This document shows, one piece after another, positions 10,743 to 24,500 of a stretch of 64,000 nucleotides of DNA. The stretch's first letter is position 1, and every line of letters starts with the position of its first letter. Below the pieces are notes generated by a model. It worked only from the letters and a program-made list of their open reading frames with translations. It had not been told where the DNA came from and did no database searches. This DNA comes from Pristiophorus japonicus. Taxonomy: Eukaryota. A program made the position numbers and the translations under genes. The stretch is from NCBI RefSeq assembly GCF_044704955.1, contig NC_091987.1:26598001-26662000 (forward strand), read 5' to 3'.

Positions 10743-12442
10743 CAGCTGGTGCAGCTGCAGCAGAGGCAGAACATAAACAAAGAAGTAGAAAGAAATCGAA
10801 AGATGATGTCACAGCCAAGGGGGTAAGTGATTGGCTGATGATTGGTGAGTAGTTTTTCTTTTCCTTTTCTTTATCAGTAAGTAACCTTCAGCATTGTTGT
10901 TGCCAAATTAAGTTAATCTAAGGGTTAAGCCAGGGCAGGAGAGCTTGGACATGTGTTATGATCCTCCTAACACTATGAGGGAAACCAGGGACGCTTCCAG
11001 TGTCCCTGATGACTACATGTGCGGGAAGTGTATCCGCCTGCAGCACCTGACAGACAGCATTGCGGCACTGGAGCTGCAGGTGGATTCACTCTGGAGCATG
11101 CACGATGCTGAGGATGTCGTGAATAGCACATCTAGTGAGTTGGTCTTACCGCAGGTAAAGCGTACACAGCCAGATAGGGGATGGGTGACCAACAGGAAGA
11201 GCAGCGGAAGGCAGGTATTGCAGAGGTCCCCTGCGGTCATCCCCCTGCAAAACAGATACACCGCTTTGGATACTGTTGAGGGGGATGACTCATCAGCATG
11301 GCACCGTGGGTGGCTCTGCTGCACAGGAGGGCAGGAAAAAGAGTGGGAGAGCTATAGTGATAGGGGTTCGATTGTAAGGGGAATAGATAGGCGTTTATGC
11401 AGCCGCAACCGAGACTCCAGGATGGTATGTTGCCTCCCTGGTGCAAGGGTCAAGGATGTCTCAGAGTGGCTGCAGGACATTTTGAAAAAGGAAGGTGAAC
11501 AGTCAATTGTCGTGGTGCATATAGGTACCAACGCTATAGGTAAAAAACAGGGCGAGGTCCTACAAGATGAGTTTAGGGAGCTAGGAGCTAAATTAAAAAG
11601 TAGGACCTCAAAAGTAGTAATCTCAGGATTGCTACCAGTGCCACGTGCTAGTCAGAGTAGGAATCACAGAATAGCTCAGATGAATACATGGCTTGAGGAG
11701 TGGTGCAGAAGGGAGGGATTCAAATTCCTGGGACCGGTTCTGGGGGAGGTGGGACCAGTACAAATTGGACGGTCTGCACCTGGGCAGGACCAGAACCAAT
11801 GTTGCATGAAAAGTGTTTGCTAGTGCTGTTGGAGAAGGGTTAAACTAATATGGCATGGGGATGGGAACCTATGCAGGGAGACAGAGGGAAGTAGAATGGG
11901 AGCAAAAGCAAAAGATAGAAAGAAGAAAAGTTAAAGTGGAAGGCAGAGAAACCTAAGGCAACAAGCAAAAAGGGCCACATTACAGCAAAATTCCAAAGGG
12001 GCAAAGCGCGTTAAAAAGACAAGCCTGTAGGCTCTGTGCCTCAATGCGAGGAGTATTCGGAATAAGGTGGACGAATTAATTGCGCAGATAGTAGTTAACG
12101 GATGATGTAATTGGCATCATGGAGACATGGCTCCAGGGTGACCAAGGCTGGGAACTCAACAACCAGGGGTATTCAACATTTCGGAAGGATAGACAGAAAG
12201 GAAAAGGAGCTGGGGTGGCATTGCTGGTTAAAGAGGAAATTAATGCAATAGTAAGGAAGGACATTAGCTTGGATGACGTGGAATCGGTATGGGTGGAGCT
12301 ACGGAATACCAAAGGGCAGAAAACTAGTGGGAGTTGTAGTAGTGAGGTTGGGGACAGCATCAAACAAGAAATTAGGGATGCGTGCAATAAAGGTACAGCA
12401 GTTATCATGGGCGACTTTAATCTAAATATTGATTGGGCTAAC

Positions 12443-15400
12443 TGTAGTGTATGGAGAAAGAGTCAGACTGAACACTGAGCTCAAAGTAAAGTGTGACCTC
12501 AGTCTTTTATTGCAAGTCTCCAGAGTGCCTCTCCAACCTGTGAAGCACTCTTAAATACCTGTGCTCCCAAGGGATTATGGGATCTCTTGTGACTCCAGGG
12601 AATGAGCCCTCTGGTGGCTGTACAGAGTAAATACAAGTCCAGATACATAACAACATTCCCCTCCAAAGTCAATAGTGTAACTATTTACAATGTGAGTCGA
12701 TCTGAGGCCCTTCTTGTCCTGGTTGATTGTCTCAGTGTGAAAGCTGGTGTTGTTGAATCATTTGTTGGGCCCTCGCTGGGCTGCTGTGCAGCTGGCCTTG
12801 CTGGGCTGCCTGGTGTGTTGGGCGCTGCAGGGCTGCTGTGGATGATGGGATCTGCTTCGTGGTCAACCGTGGTGTCGGTTGCCACTGGTGTGTGTGTTGG
12901 GGATCAAAAAAGGTAGGGTCCAAGGTGGATTGCTCAGGGTAGTCTGTAAATCTGAGTTTGATTCGGTTCAAGTGTTTCCGGTGAATGAGTCCATTTGAAA
13001 GTTAGACCTGAAACAACCTGCTCCCCTCTTTGGCCACAACAGTGCCGGGAAGCCACTTGGGACCTTGTCCATAATTTAATACAAATACAGGATCATTGAC
13101 TTCAATCTCGGGTGACACATTTGCGCTATCATGGTATGCACTTTGTTGAAGCCGCCTGCTCTCGACCTGTTCATGTAGATCAGGGTGAACTAACGAGAGC
13201 CTTGTCTTAAGTGCTCTTTTCACGAGCAGTTCAGCAGGTGGGATCCCAGTGAGTGAGTGTGGTCTTGTACGGTAGCTAAGCAGGACTCGGGATAGGCGAG
13301 TCTGCAGTGAACCTTCAGTTACCCTCTTCAAGCCTTGCTTGATGGTTTGCACTGCTCTCTTTGCCTGACCATTGGACGCTGGTTTAAACGGGGCAGATGT
13401 GACATATTTGATCCCGTTACGGGTCATAAATTCTTTGAACTCAGCACTAGTAAAACATGGCCCGTTGTCGCTCACCAGGACATCGGGTAAGCTGTGTGTG
13501 GCAAACATGGCCCACAGGCTTTCAGTGGTGGCAGCGGACGTGCTAGCCGACATTATCTCACATTCAATCCACTTGGAGTACGCGTCTACAACCACAAGGA
13601 ACATTTTACCCAAGAACGGGCCTGCATAGTCGACGTGTACGCTAGACCACGGTTTGGAGGGCCAAGACCATAAACTTAGCGGCGCCTCCCTGGGTACATT
13701 GCTTAACTGCGAGCATGTATTACATCTGTGAGTGCAGGACTCTAAGTCTACATTGATGCCGGGCCACCACACATGGGATCTGGCTATCGCTTTCATCATT
13801 ACGATGCCTGGGTGGGTACTGTGGAGGTCATTGATGAAGGTGTCTCTGCCCTTCTTGGGGACCACTACTCGATTGCCCCACAGAAGGTCGTCTGCCTGTA
13901 TAGACATTTCATCTTTGCGACACTGGAACGACTTTATCTCTTCCTCCATTTCCATTGGGACACTGGACCAGCTCCCGTGAAGCACACAGCTTTTGATTAG
14001 AGATAATAAGGGGTCCTGGCTTGTTCAGGTTTTGATCTGCCGGGCAGTGACGGGTGATTGCTCACTCTCAAATGCTTCCATAACCATGGCTAGATCTGTG
14101 AGTTGCACCATTTCCACCCCCGTAGTGGACAATGGCAGCCTACTGAGAGCATTGGCACAGTTTTCTGTTCCTGGCCTGTGGCGGATGGCATAGTCGTACG
14201 CAGGCAACGTGAGCGCCCATCTCTGGATGCGGGCCGATGCGTTGGTATTTATCCCTTTGCTCTCAGAAAACAGGGATATAAGTGGCTTATGGTCAGTTTC
14301 CAATTCGAATTTTAGCCCAAACAGGTATTGATGCATTTTCTTTACCCCATAGACGCACGCTAATGCTTCTTTTTCAATCATGCTGTAAGCTCTCTTGGCC
14401 TTAGACAGACTCCTGGATGCATAAGCAACTAGTTACAGTTTCCCGAAATCATTAGCTTGTTGCAATACACACCCGACGCCATATGACGACGCATCACATG
14501 CTAGTACCAAACGCTTACATGGATCATACAACACAAGCAATTTGTTTGAGCATAAACATTTTCTCGCTTTTACAAAGGCATTTTCTTGGCTTTTGCCTCA
14601 AACCCATTCGTCCCCTTTTCGTAGTAAGACATGTAGTGGTTGTAGCAGGATGCTGAGACCAAAGTAGTTCAAGAGTACCAGGAATGACCGCAGCTCCGTC
14701 ACGTTTTGTGGCCTCGGTGCGTTCTCGATTGCCTCCGTCTTCGCTTTGGTTGGCCTGATGCTATCCACCGCAATGGTCCTTCCCAAGAACTCCACTTCAG
14801 GCACCAAGAAAATGCACTTCGAACATTTTAACCTGAGCCCCACGCGGTTGAGCCGACGAAGAACCTGCTCCAGGCTCTGCAGATGCTCGACTGTGTTCCG
14901 ACCTGTGACCAAGATGTCGTCCTGGAAGACCACGGCATGCGGGACCAACTTCAGTAAACTTTCCATGTTTCTCTGGAATATCGCCACCACTGATCGGATT
15001 CCAAACAGGCATCTGTTATAAACAAAAATACCTTTGTGCGTGTTGATGCAGGTGAGGGCCTTCAATGATTCCTCCAGTTCATGCATCATGTAGGCTGAGG
15101 TCAGATCCAGCTTCGTGAACATCTTTCCACCCGCCAGCGTTGCAAAGAGGTCGTCGACTTTTGGTAGTGGGTATTGCAGAGAGAAACGATTGATAGTTAT
15201 TTTGTAATCACCACAGATTCTGATGGTGCCGTCTCCCTTGAGGACTGGGACAATAGGATTGGCCCACTCGCTGAACTCAATCGGTGAGATAATGCCCTCT
15301 CTTTATAGCCGGTCGAGCTCGATTTCTCTCATCATGTACAGTACTGCTCTCGCCTTGTGATGAAGGGGTCGCGCCCCCGGAATTAGGTGGATCTGCAATT

Positions 15401-16938
15401 TTGCTCCTTGGAATTTCCCGATGCCTGGTTCAAACAGCGAAGGAAATTTGTTTAAGACCTGTGCACATGAAGTGTCGTCAGCGAGTGATAGTGCTCGGAT
15501 GTCATCCCAACTCCAGCGTATCTTTCCCAGCCAGCTCCTGCCGAGCAGCTTGGGACCATCGGCCAGTACCACCCAGAGTGTTAGCTTGTGCACCGCTCGA
15601 TCATAGGAGACCTTTATGGTAGCACTGCCGATTACAGGAATCAGTTCTTTTCTGTAAGTTCTTATTTTCGTGTGAATTGGAGTTAAGACTGGCCTTGAGG
15701 CCATGTTGCACCACAACCTTTCGAAAGTCTTTTTGCCCATGCTGGACTGGCTCGCGCCGTGTCCAGCTCCATTGACACCGGGAGTCCATTTAGTTCAACA
15801 TTCAGCATTATCGGGGTACAATTCGTGGTGAATGTGTGCAGCCCATGTACCTCTGCCTCCTCTATCAGAGGTTCTGTTTTGTCGTGATCCTTCGTGGATC
15901 TGTCCTCCTCTGCAACATGGAGGTTTTCAGGATGAGCAGGCCTCGCAGCTCGTCTGCACACTCGTTGGAGGTGTCCCATTGTTCCACAGCCCTTGCAAAT
16001 GTACTCTTTGAATCGGCATGTATGGAAACGGTGATCACCCCCGCAGCGCCAACAAGGTGTTAATGGCCTTGCATTCATCATCTTTGATGGTGGACTCTGA
16101 GACATCTGCGGATGTGTAGCTGCAGGTACGTGTGACCTGCCCTGTCCATTATGATTCGAAAACAACATCACTTTGTTCACAGTACTTGTAGCAGCACTTG
16201 TGTGCTGAGAGATTTGCTTAGTATTGTCACTGGTGGCAATGAGCGCCTGGGCTATGGCTATGGCCTTACTCAAGGTTGGGGTCTCTCCAGTCGAAAGTTT
16301 GCGAAGTATGGTTTCGTGGCTAATGCCAAGTAGGAAAAAGTCTTTGAGCATGTGCTCAAATTGTCCTTCAAATTTGCAATGTCCTGCAAGGCATCTTAGC
16401 TCGGCGACATAACTCGCCACTTCCTGGCCTTCAGATCTTTTGTAGGTGTAGACCGGGTACCTCGCCATCAGAACGCTTTCCTTCGGGTTCAAATTCTCTC
16501 GGACCATTGTGCACAAATCGTTGTATGATTTCTCCATGGGTTTCGCTGGAGTGAGCAGATTCTTCATGAGGCCATATGTTGGTGCCCCACAGAGAGTGAG
16601 GAAGATTGCTGTATGTTTGGCAGCGCTCTCTTCCCCATCTAGCTCGTTGGCCACGAAGTATTGGTTGAGTCGCTCCACAAAACATTCCCAATCATCTCCC
16701 TCCGAGAATTTCTCCAGGATGCCCACTGTTCTCTGCATTTTTGGGTTCGCTATCTCTATCTCGTCGCCAGTTGTTATGTATGGAGAAAGAGTCAGACTGA
16801 ACACTGTGAGCTCAAAGTAAAATGTGACCTTAGTCTTTTATTGCAGGTCTCCAGAGTGCCTCTCCAACCTGTGAAGCACTCTTAAATACCTGTGCTCCCA
16901 AGGCTGTACAGAGTATATACAAGTCCAGATACATAATA
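12443..16938 (-). mobile_element. Gypsy (Mag-like) LTR retrotransposon A, decayed; LTRs 12443-12652 and 16772-16938; target site duplication (TSD) CTAAC
   Basis: TG..CA LTRs, CTAAC on both sides and primer binding site (PBS) TGGCGACGAG. Domains: gag CWRCGGDH/CKGCGTMGH knuckles, protease ELDT, RT FQDDILV, RNase H IEKEALAC, integrase HVDYAGP...SDNG. Confidence 0.95.
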
Positions 16939-19405
16939 CTAACCAAACTGGTAGCAATGCGCTGGAGAAGGATTTCCTGGAGTGTATTAGGGATGGTTTT
17001 CTAGACAAATATGTCAAGGAACCAACTAGAGGGCTGGCCATCCTAGACTGGGTGATGTGTAATGAGAAAGGACTAATTAGCAATCTTGTTGTGTGAGGCC
17101 CCTTTGGGAAGAGTGTCCATAATATGGTAGAATTCTTTATTCAGATGGAGAGTGACACAGTTAGTTCAGAGACTAGGGTCCTGAACTTAAGGAAAGGTAA
17201 CTTCGATGGTGTGAGGCATGAATTGCCTACAATAGGCTGGCAAATTATACTTAAAGAGTTGACGGTGGATAGGCAATGGCAAACATTTAAAGATCACATG
17301 GATGAACTTCAACAATTGTACATCCCTGTCTAGAGTAAAAATAAAATGGGGAAGGTGGCTCAACCATGGCTAACAAGGGAAAATGAGGATAGTGTTAAAT
17401 CCAAGGAAGAGGCATATAAATTGGCCAGAAAAAGCAGCAAACCTGAGGACTGGGAGAAATTTCGAATTCAGCAGAGAAGGACAAAGGGTTTAGTTAAGAG
17501 GGGGAAAATAGAGTATGAAAGGATGTTGCCGGGAACATAAAAACTGACTGCAATAGCTTCTAGATATGTGAAGAGAAAAAGATTAGTGAAGTCAAACGTA
17601 GATCCCTTGCAGTCAGATTCAGGTGACTTTATAATGGGGAACAAAGAAATGGCAGACCAATTGAACAAATATTTTGGTTCTGTCTTCACGAAGGAAGATA
17701 CAAATAACCTTCCAGAAGTACGAGGGGACCGAGGGTCTAGTGAGAAGGAGGAGCTGAAGGATATCCTTATTAGGCGGGAAATTGTGTTAGGGAAATTGAT
17801 GGGATGGAAGGCCGATAAATCCCCGGGGCCTGATAGTCTGCATCCCAGGGTACTTAAGGATGTGGCCATAGAAATAGTGGATGCAATGGTGATCATTTTC
17901 CAACAGTCTATCGAATCTGGATCAGTTCCTATGGACTGGAAGATAGCTAAGGTAACACCACTTTTTAAAAAACGAGGGAGGGAGAAAGCGGGTAATTATA
18001 GACCAGTTAGCCTGACATCAGTAGTAGGGAAAATGTTGGAATCAATTATTAAAGATGAAATAGCAGCGCATTTGGAAAGCAGTGACAGGATCGGCCTAAG
18101 TCAGCATGGATTTATGAAAGGGAAATCAGGCTTGACAAATCTTCTGGAATTTTTTGAGGATGTAACTAGTAGAGTGGACAAGGGAGAACCAGTGGATGTG
18201 GTGTATTGACTTTCAAAAGGCTTTTGACAAGGTCGCATGCAAGAGATTAGTGTGCAAAATCAAAGCACATGGTATTGGGGGTAATGTACTGAGGTGGATA
18301 GAGAACTGGTTGGTAGACAGGAAGCAGAGTCTCGGGATAAACGGGTCCTTTTCAGAATGGCAGGCAATGACTAGTGGGGTGCCACAGGGCTCAGTGTTGG
18401 GACCCCGGCTCTTTACAATATATATTAATGAATTAGATGAAGGAATTGAGTGTAATATCTCCAAGTTTGCGGATGACACTAAACTGGTGGCGGTGTGAGC
18501 TGTGAGGAGGATGCTAAGAGACTGCAGGGTGACTTGGACGGGTTAGGTGAGTGGGCAAATGCATGGCAGATGCAGTATAATGTGGATAAGTATGAGGTTA
18601 TCCATTTTGGGGGCAAAAACACGAAGGCAGAATATTATCTGAATGGCGGCAAATTAGAAAAAGGGGGGGTGCAACGAGACCTGGGTGTCGTGGTTCATCA
18701 GTCATTGAAAGTTGGCATACAGGTACAGCAGGCGGTGAAGAAGACAAATGGTATGTTGGCCTTCATAGCTAGGGGATTTGAGTATAGGAGCAGGGAGGTC
18801 TTACTGCAGTTGTACAGGGCCTTGGTGAGGCCTCACCTGGAATATTGTGTTCAGTTTTGGTCCCCTAATCTGTGGAAGGACGTTCTTGCTATTGAGGGAG
18901 TGCAGCGAAGGTTCACCAGACTGATTCCCGGGATGGCTGGACTGACATATGAGGAGACACTGGATCAACTGGGCCTTTATACACTGGAGTTTAGAAGAAT
19001 GAGAGGGGATCTCATAGAAACATATTCATTTCTGACGGACTGGACAGGTTAGATGTGGGATGAATGTTCCCGATGTTGGTGAATTCCAGAACCAGAGGAC
19101 ACAGTCTTAGGATAAGGGGTAGGCCATTTAGGACTGAGATGAGGAGAAACTTTTTCACTCAGAGAGTTGTTAACCTGTGGAATTCCCTACAACAGAGAGT
19201 TGTTGATGCCAGTTCATTGGATATATTCAAGAGCGAGTTAGATATGGCCCTTACGGCTAAAGGGATCAAGGGGTATGGAGAGAAAGCAGGAAAGGGCTAA
19301 TGAGGGAATGATCAGCCATGATATTATTGAGTGGTGGTGCAGGCTTGAGGGGCTGAATGGCCTACTCCTGCACCTATTGTCTATATTTCTATGTTTCTGT
19401 GTTTC

Positions 19406-20330
19406 ATCAAGGGAGATCTGCAGCCTACGAGCACTATCAGGGCCGCACTGCTCATTGAGATTAAGGTTACTGCGGCACTTTCCTTCAATGCATCGGGCTC
19501 CTTTCAGGCCTCAGCTGGTGACATTTGCGGTATCTCTCAGCACGCCACACATTGCTGCAGTCGACAGGTGACTGAAGCCCTTTATGCGCGCAGAATGGAC
19601 TTTATAACTTTCCTATGACCAGGGAGGCACAGAGTGAGAGGACTTTGGGTTTCTCGTGAATAGCAAACTTCCCCAAGGTTCAGGGAGCAACAGACTGTCC
19701 ACACATCGCCCTGTGAGCACCTCTACAGGATGCAAAGGTGTTTCAAAACCAAAATGGATTCCACTCCCTGAATATGCAGCTTGTTGTCGACCACAAGCAA
19801 ATGATCATGGCAGTAAATACAAATTTTCCAGGCAGCATCCATGATGCGCACATTTTGCATGAGGGTACTGTCTCTGACGTGTTTAAGAGTCAGCCACAAG
19901 GCCACGGTTGGATGATGGGGGGTAAATGATTTGGCCTTGTCAGCTGGCTCATGAACCCCCTGCGTAAGCCTCAGATGGAAACCGAGTAGCACTGCAATGA
20001 AAGCCATACAGCCACATGCATTATCGTCGAAAAGACAATTGGAGTGCTTGAGTAGTGCTTCAGATGCCTGGACCACTCAGGAGGTAACCTACAATACCAC
20101 CCTGATAAGGGCGTTGAGTTTATTGTGGTGTGCTGCATGTTGCATAACCTAGCCAAGAGGAAAGGACAACAATTGCCAGATGGGACCGCCGGTCCACCTC
20201 AGGAGAGAGGGCAGGTGGAAGAGGAGGATGAGGAGGAGGATGGTGATGAACCCATGCTCCCCGCTGCAAGACTGGAAAAGCCCTGTGGTAGTTATGCAGC
20301 TGTAAAACCCTGTGTCAGCAGCTGATAAAT
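19406..20330 (+). pseudogene. Harbinger transposase C-terminal part (DDE domain), with stops
   Basis: ORFs 19391-19618, 19738-19929 and 20125-20325 carry HARBI1-type motifs separated by in-frame stops. Confidence 0.85.
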
Positions 20331-20567
20331 GGACACTTTGTGTGAGCTTACATTGGTGACAGTTACAGTTGCGTTACGTTACATCCTTGCCTGGCCTGGG
20401 CTGGCCATGACCATTGTGTCCATCCCTTGTACTGATGTTTCACCTTACGTTATTCGAAGACACTTTAGGGCAATTGTAAAGTTAAATAAAAATATTTAAT
20501 AGTTAAACACAAATCTGAACATTTTTACAACAAACATATATAACACCCCCCGCCCCCAACCCCGAAC

Positions 20568-21563
20568 ATTAAGGATGTCATAGCGTATTTGGAAAGAGGT
20601 GACATGATAGGTCCAAGTCAGCATGGATTTGTGAAAGGGAAATCATGCTTGACAAATCTTCTGGAATTTTTTGAGGATGTTTCCAGTAGAGTGGACAAGG
20701 GAGAACCAGTTGATGTGGTGTATTTGGACTTTCAGAAGGCTTTCGACAAGGTCCCACACAAGAGATTAATGTGCAAAGTTAAAGCACATGGGATTGGGGG
20801 TAGTGTGCTGACGTGGACTGAGAACTGGTTGGCAGACAGGAAGCAAAGAGTAGGATTAAATGGGTACTTTTCAGAATGGCAGGCAGTAACTAGTGGGGTA
20901 CCGCAAGGTTCTGTGCTGGGGCCCCAGCTGTTTACATTGTACATTAATGATTTAGACGAGGGGATTAAATGTAGTATCTCCAAATTTGCAGATGACACTA
21001 AGTTGGGTAGCAGTGTGAGCAGCGAGGAGGATGCTATGAGGCTGCAGAGTGACTTGGATAGGTTAGGTGAGTGCGCAAATGCATGGCAAATGCATGGCGG
21101 GACTGACATATCAAGAAAGAATGGATCAACTGGGCTTGTCTTCACTGGAGTTCAGAAGAATGAGAGGGGATCTCAAAGAAACATTTAAAATTTTGACGGG
21201 TTTAGAGAGGTTAGATGCAGGAAGAATGTTCCCGATGTTGGGGAAGTCCAGAACCAGGGGTCACAGTCTAAGGATAAGAGGTAAGCCATTTAGGACCGAG
21301 ATGAGGAGAAACTTCTTCACCCAGAGAGTGGTGAACCTGTGGAATTCTCTACCACAGAAAGTTGTTGAGGTCAATTTACTAAATATATTCAAAAAGGAGT
21401 TCGATGTAGTCCTTACTACTAGGGGGATCAAGGGGTATGGCGAGAAAGCAGGAATGGGGTACTGAAGTTGCATGTTCAGCCATGAACCCATTGAATGGTG
21501 GTGCAGGCTCGAAGGGCCGAATGGCCTACTCCTGCACCTATTTTCTATGTTTCTATGTTTCTA
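20568..21563 (+). mobile_element. 5'-truncated CR1 with an internal deletion near 21090
   Basis: RT motifs run NAWQ and then jump to MAGLTYQERM at an ATGGC microhomology; TTTCTATG tail. Confidence 0.9.
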
Positions 21564-24500
21564 AATCATGGTCGGAGAGCTCGGACACGTGTTATACTCC
21601 TCCTGTACTATGTGGGAAGTCAGGGACGCTTCCGGTGTCCCTGACGACTACGTGTACAGGGAGTGCATCCGCCTACAGATCCTGATGGACCACATTTCGG
21701 CACTGGAGCTGCGGGTGAATGAATTCTAGAGCATCCACGATGCTGAGAATGACGTGAATGGCACATTTAGTGAGTTGGTCACACTGCAGGTAAAAGGTAC
21801 ACAATCAGATAGTAAATGGGTGACCAACAGGAAGCGCAGTGCAAGGAAGGTAGTGCAGGGGTCCCCTGCGGTCATTCCTCTGCAAAACAGATACATCGCT
21901 TTGGGTACTGTTGAGGGGGATAACTCATCAGGGGAAGGCAGCAGCAGCGAAGTTCATGGCACCGTAGCTGGCTCTGCTGCTCAGGAGGGCAGGAAAAAGA
22001 GTGGGAGAGCGATAGTGATAGGGGATTCAATTGTAAGGGGAATGGATAGGAATTCCTGTGGCCACAACCGAGACGCCAGGATGGTATGTTGCCTCCCTGG
22101 TGCAAGGGTCAAGGATGTTTCAGAGCAGGTGTAGGACATTCTGAAAAGGGAGGGTGAACAGCCAGTTGTCGTGGTGCATATAGGTACCAATGACATAGGT
22201 AAAAAACGGGATGAGGTCCTCCGAGACGAATTTAGGGAGCTAGGAGTTAAATTAAAAAGTAGGATCTTGAAAGTAGTAATCTCAGGATTGCTCCCAGTGC
22301 CACGTGCTAGTTAAAGTAGGAATCGCAGAATAGCTCAGATGAATACGTGGCTTGAGGAGTGGTGTAGAAGGGAGGGATTCAAATTCCTGAGACATTGGAA
22401 TCGGTTCTGGGGGAGGTAGGACCAGTACAAACCAGACGGTCTGCAACTGGGCAGGAACGGATCCAATGTCCTCAGGGGAGTGTTTGCGAGTGCTGTTGGG
22501 GCGTTGTTAAACTAATATGGCAGGGGGATGGGAACCTATGCAGGGAGACAGAGCGAAACAAAATGGAGTCAGAAGCAAAATATAGAAAGGAGAATAGAGA
22601 AGGCAGAGAAAGCCAAGGCAAAAATCAAAAAGGGACACATTACAGAACAATTCTAAAGGTGCAAGGTGTGGTTAAAAAAACAAGACTGAAAGCTCTGTGC
22701 CTCACTGTGAGTAGTAGTCGGAATAAGGTGGATGAATTAACTGCGCAGACAGCAGTTAACGGATACGATGTGATTGGCATCACGGAGACATGGCTCCAGG
22801 GTGACCAAGTCTGGGAACTCAACATCCAAGGGTATTCAGCATTTAGGAAGGATAGATTGAAAGGAAAAGGGTGGCGTTGCTGGTTAAAGAGGAAATCAAT
22901 GCAATTGTAAGGAAGGACATTAGCCTGGACGATGTGGAATCGGTATGGGTGGAGCTGCGGAATTCCAAAGGGCAGAAAATGCTAGTGGGAGTTGTGTACA
23001 GACCACCAAATAGTAGTAGTGAGGTTGGGGACAGCAGCAAACAAGAAATAGGGGATGTGTGCAATAAAGGTACAGCAGTAATCATGGGCGACTTTAATCT
23101 ACATATTGATTGGGCTAATCAAACTGGTAGCAATGCGGTGGAGGAGGATTTTCTGGAGTGTATTAGGGATGGTTTTTCCAGACCAATATGTCGAGGAACC
23201 GACCAGGGAGCTGGCCATCCTAGACTGGGTGATGTGTAATGAGAAGGGACTTATTAGCAATCTTGTTGTGCGAGGCCCTTTGTGGAAAAGTGACCATAAT
23301 ATGGTAGAATTCCTTATTAAGATGGAGAGTGACAAAGTTAATTCGGAAACTAGGGTCCTGAACTTAAGGAAAGCTAACTTCGATGGTATGAGGCGTGAAT
23401 TGGCTGGAATAGACTGGCAAAGGATACTCAAAGAGTTGACGGTGGATAAGCAGTGGCAAACATTTAAAGATCACATGGATGAACTTCAGCAATTGTTCAT
23501 CCCTGTCTGGAGTAAAAATAAAACTGGGAAGGTGGCTCAACCGTGGCTAACAAAGGAATTAAGGAGAGTGTTAAAGCCCAGGAAGAGGCATATAAATTGG
23601 TTAGAAAAAGCAACAAACCTGAGGACTGGGAGAAATTTAGAATTCAACAGAGGAGGACTAAGGGTTTATTTAGGATGGGGAAAATAGAGTATGAGAGGAA
23701 GCTTGCAGGGAATATAAAAATTGACTGCAAAATGTTCTATAAATAGGTGAAGAGAAAAAGATTAGTGAAGTCAAACGTAGGTCCCTTGCAGTCAGATTCA
23801 GGTGAATTTATAACGGGGAACAAAGAAATGGTAGACCAATTGAACTAATACTTCGGTTCTGTCTTCACGAAGGAAGATACAAATAACCTTCCGAAGGTAA
23901 TAGGGGACAGTGGGTCGAGTGAGAAGGAAGAACTGAAGCATATCCTTATTAGGTGGGAAATTGTGTTAGGGAAATTGATGGGATTGATGGCCGATAAATC
24001 CCCGGGGCCTGATAGTCTGCATCCCAGAGTACTTAAGAAAATGGCCCTAGAAACAGTGGATGTATTGGTGATCATTTTCCAACAGTTTATCGACTCTGGA
24101 TCAGTTCCTATGGACTGGAGGGTAGCTAATGTAACACCACGTTTTAAAAAAGAATGGAGAGAGAAAACGGATAATTATAGTCTGGTTAGCCTGACATCAG
24201 TAATGGGGAAAATGTTGGAATCAATCATTAAGGATGAAATAGCAGCGCATTTGGAAAGCAGTGACAGGATCGGTCCAAGTCAGCATATGGATTTATGAAA
24301 GGGAAATCATGCTTGACGAATCTTCTGGAATTTTTTGAGGATGTTACGAGCAGAGTGGACAAGGGAGAACCAGTGGATGTGGTGTATTTGGACTTGCAAA
24401 AGACTTTTGACAATGTCCCGCAAATGGTATTGGGGGTAATATACTGACGTGGATAGGGAACTGGTTGTCAGACAGGAAGCAGAGAGTCGGGATAAACGGG

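Larger units (their letters stand above)
10421..19405 (+). mobile_element. Near full-length CR1 LINE (5' monomers, ORF1 SGNH esterase, ORF2 APE endonuclease + RT, (TTTCTATG)n tail), decayed and split by a Gypsy element
   Basis: ORF1 contains CGKC, CLPGARVKD and VVHIGTN. ORF2 contains [38 protein letters not shown] and KFADDTKL. Tail at ~19375-19405. Confidence 0.93.
8734..20566 (+). mobile_element. PIF/Harbinger DNA transposon (right end lost), interrupted by a CR1 at 10421-19405
   Basis: GGG-starting terminus at ~8734. A HARBI1-like transposase is split in two: ...RRLRFRKEVISEICQL (to 10420) rejoins in frame with IKGDLQPTS...ASGSFQ... (from 19406), then FHSLNMQLVVD, FPGSIHDAHIL and VVCCMLHNLA. 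Confidence 0.85.

Noticed and set aside
10082-20325. Host HARBI1 gene
   Set aside because: It has multiple stops, a transposon-like terminus and nested insertions, so it is a decayed transposon copy rather than the domesticated gene.
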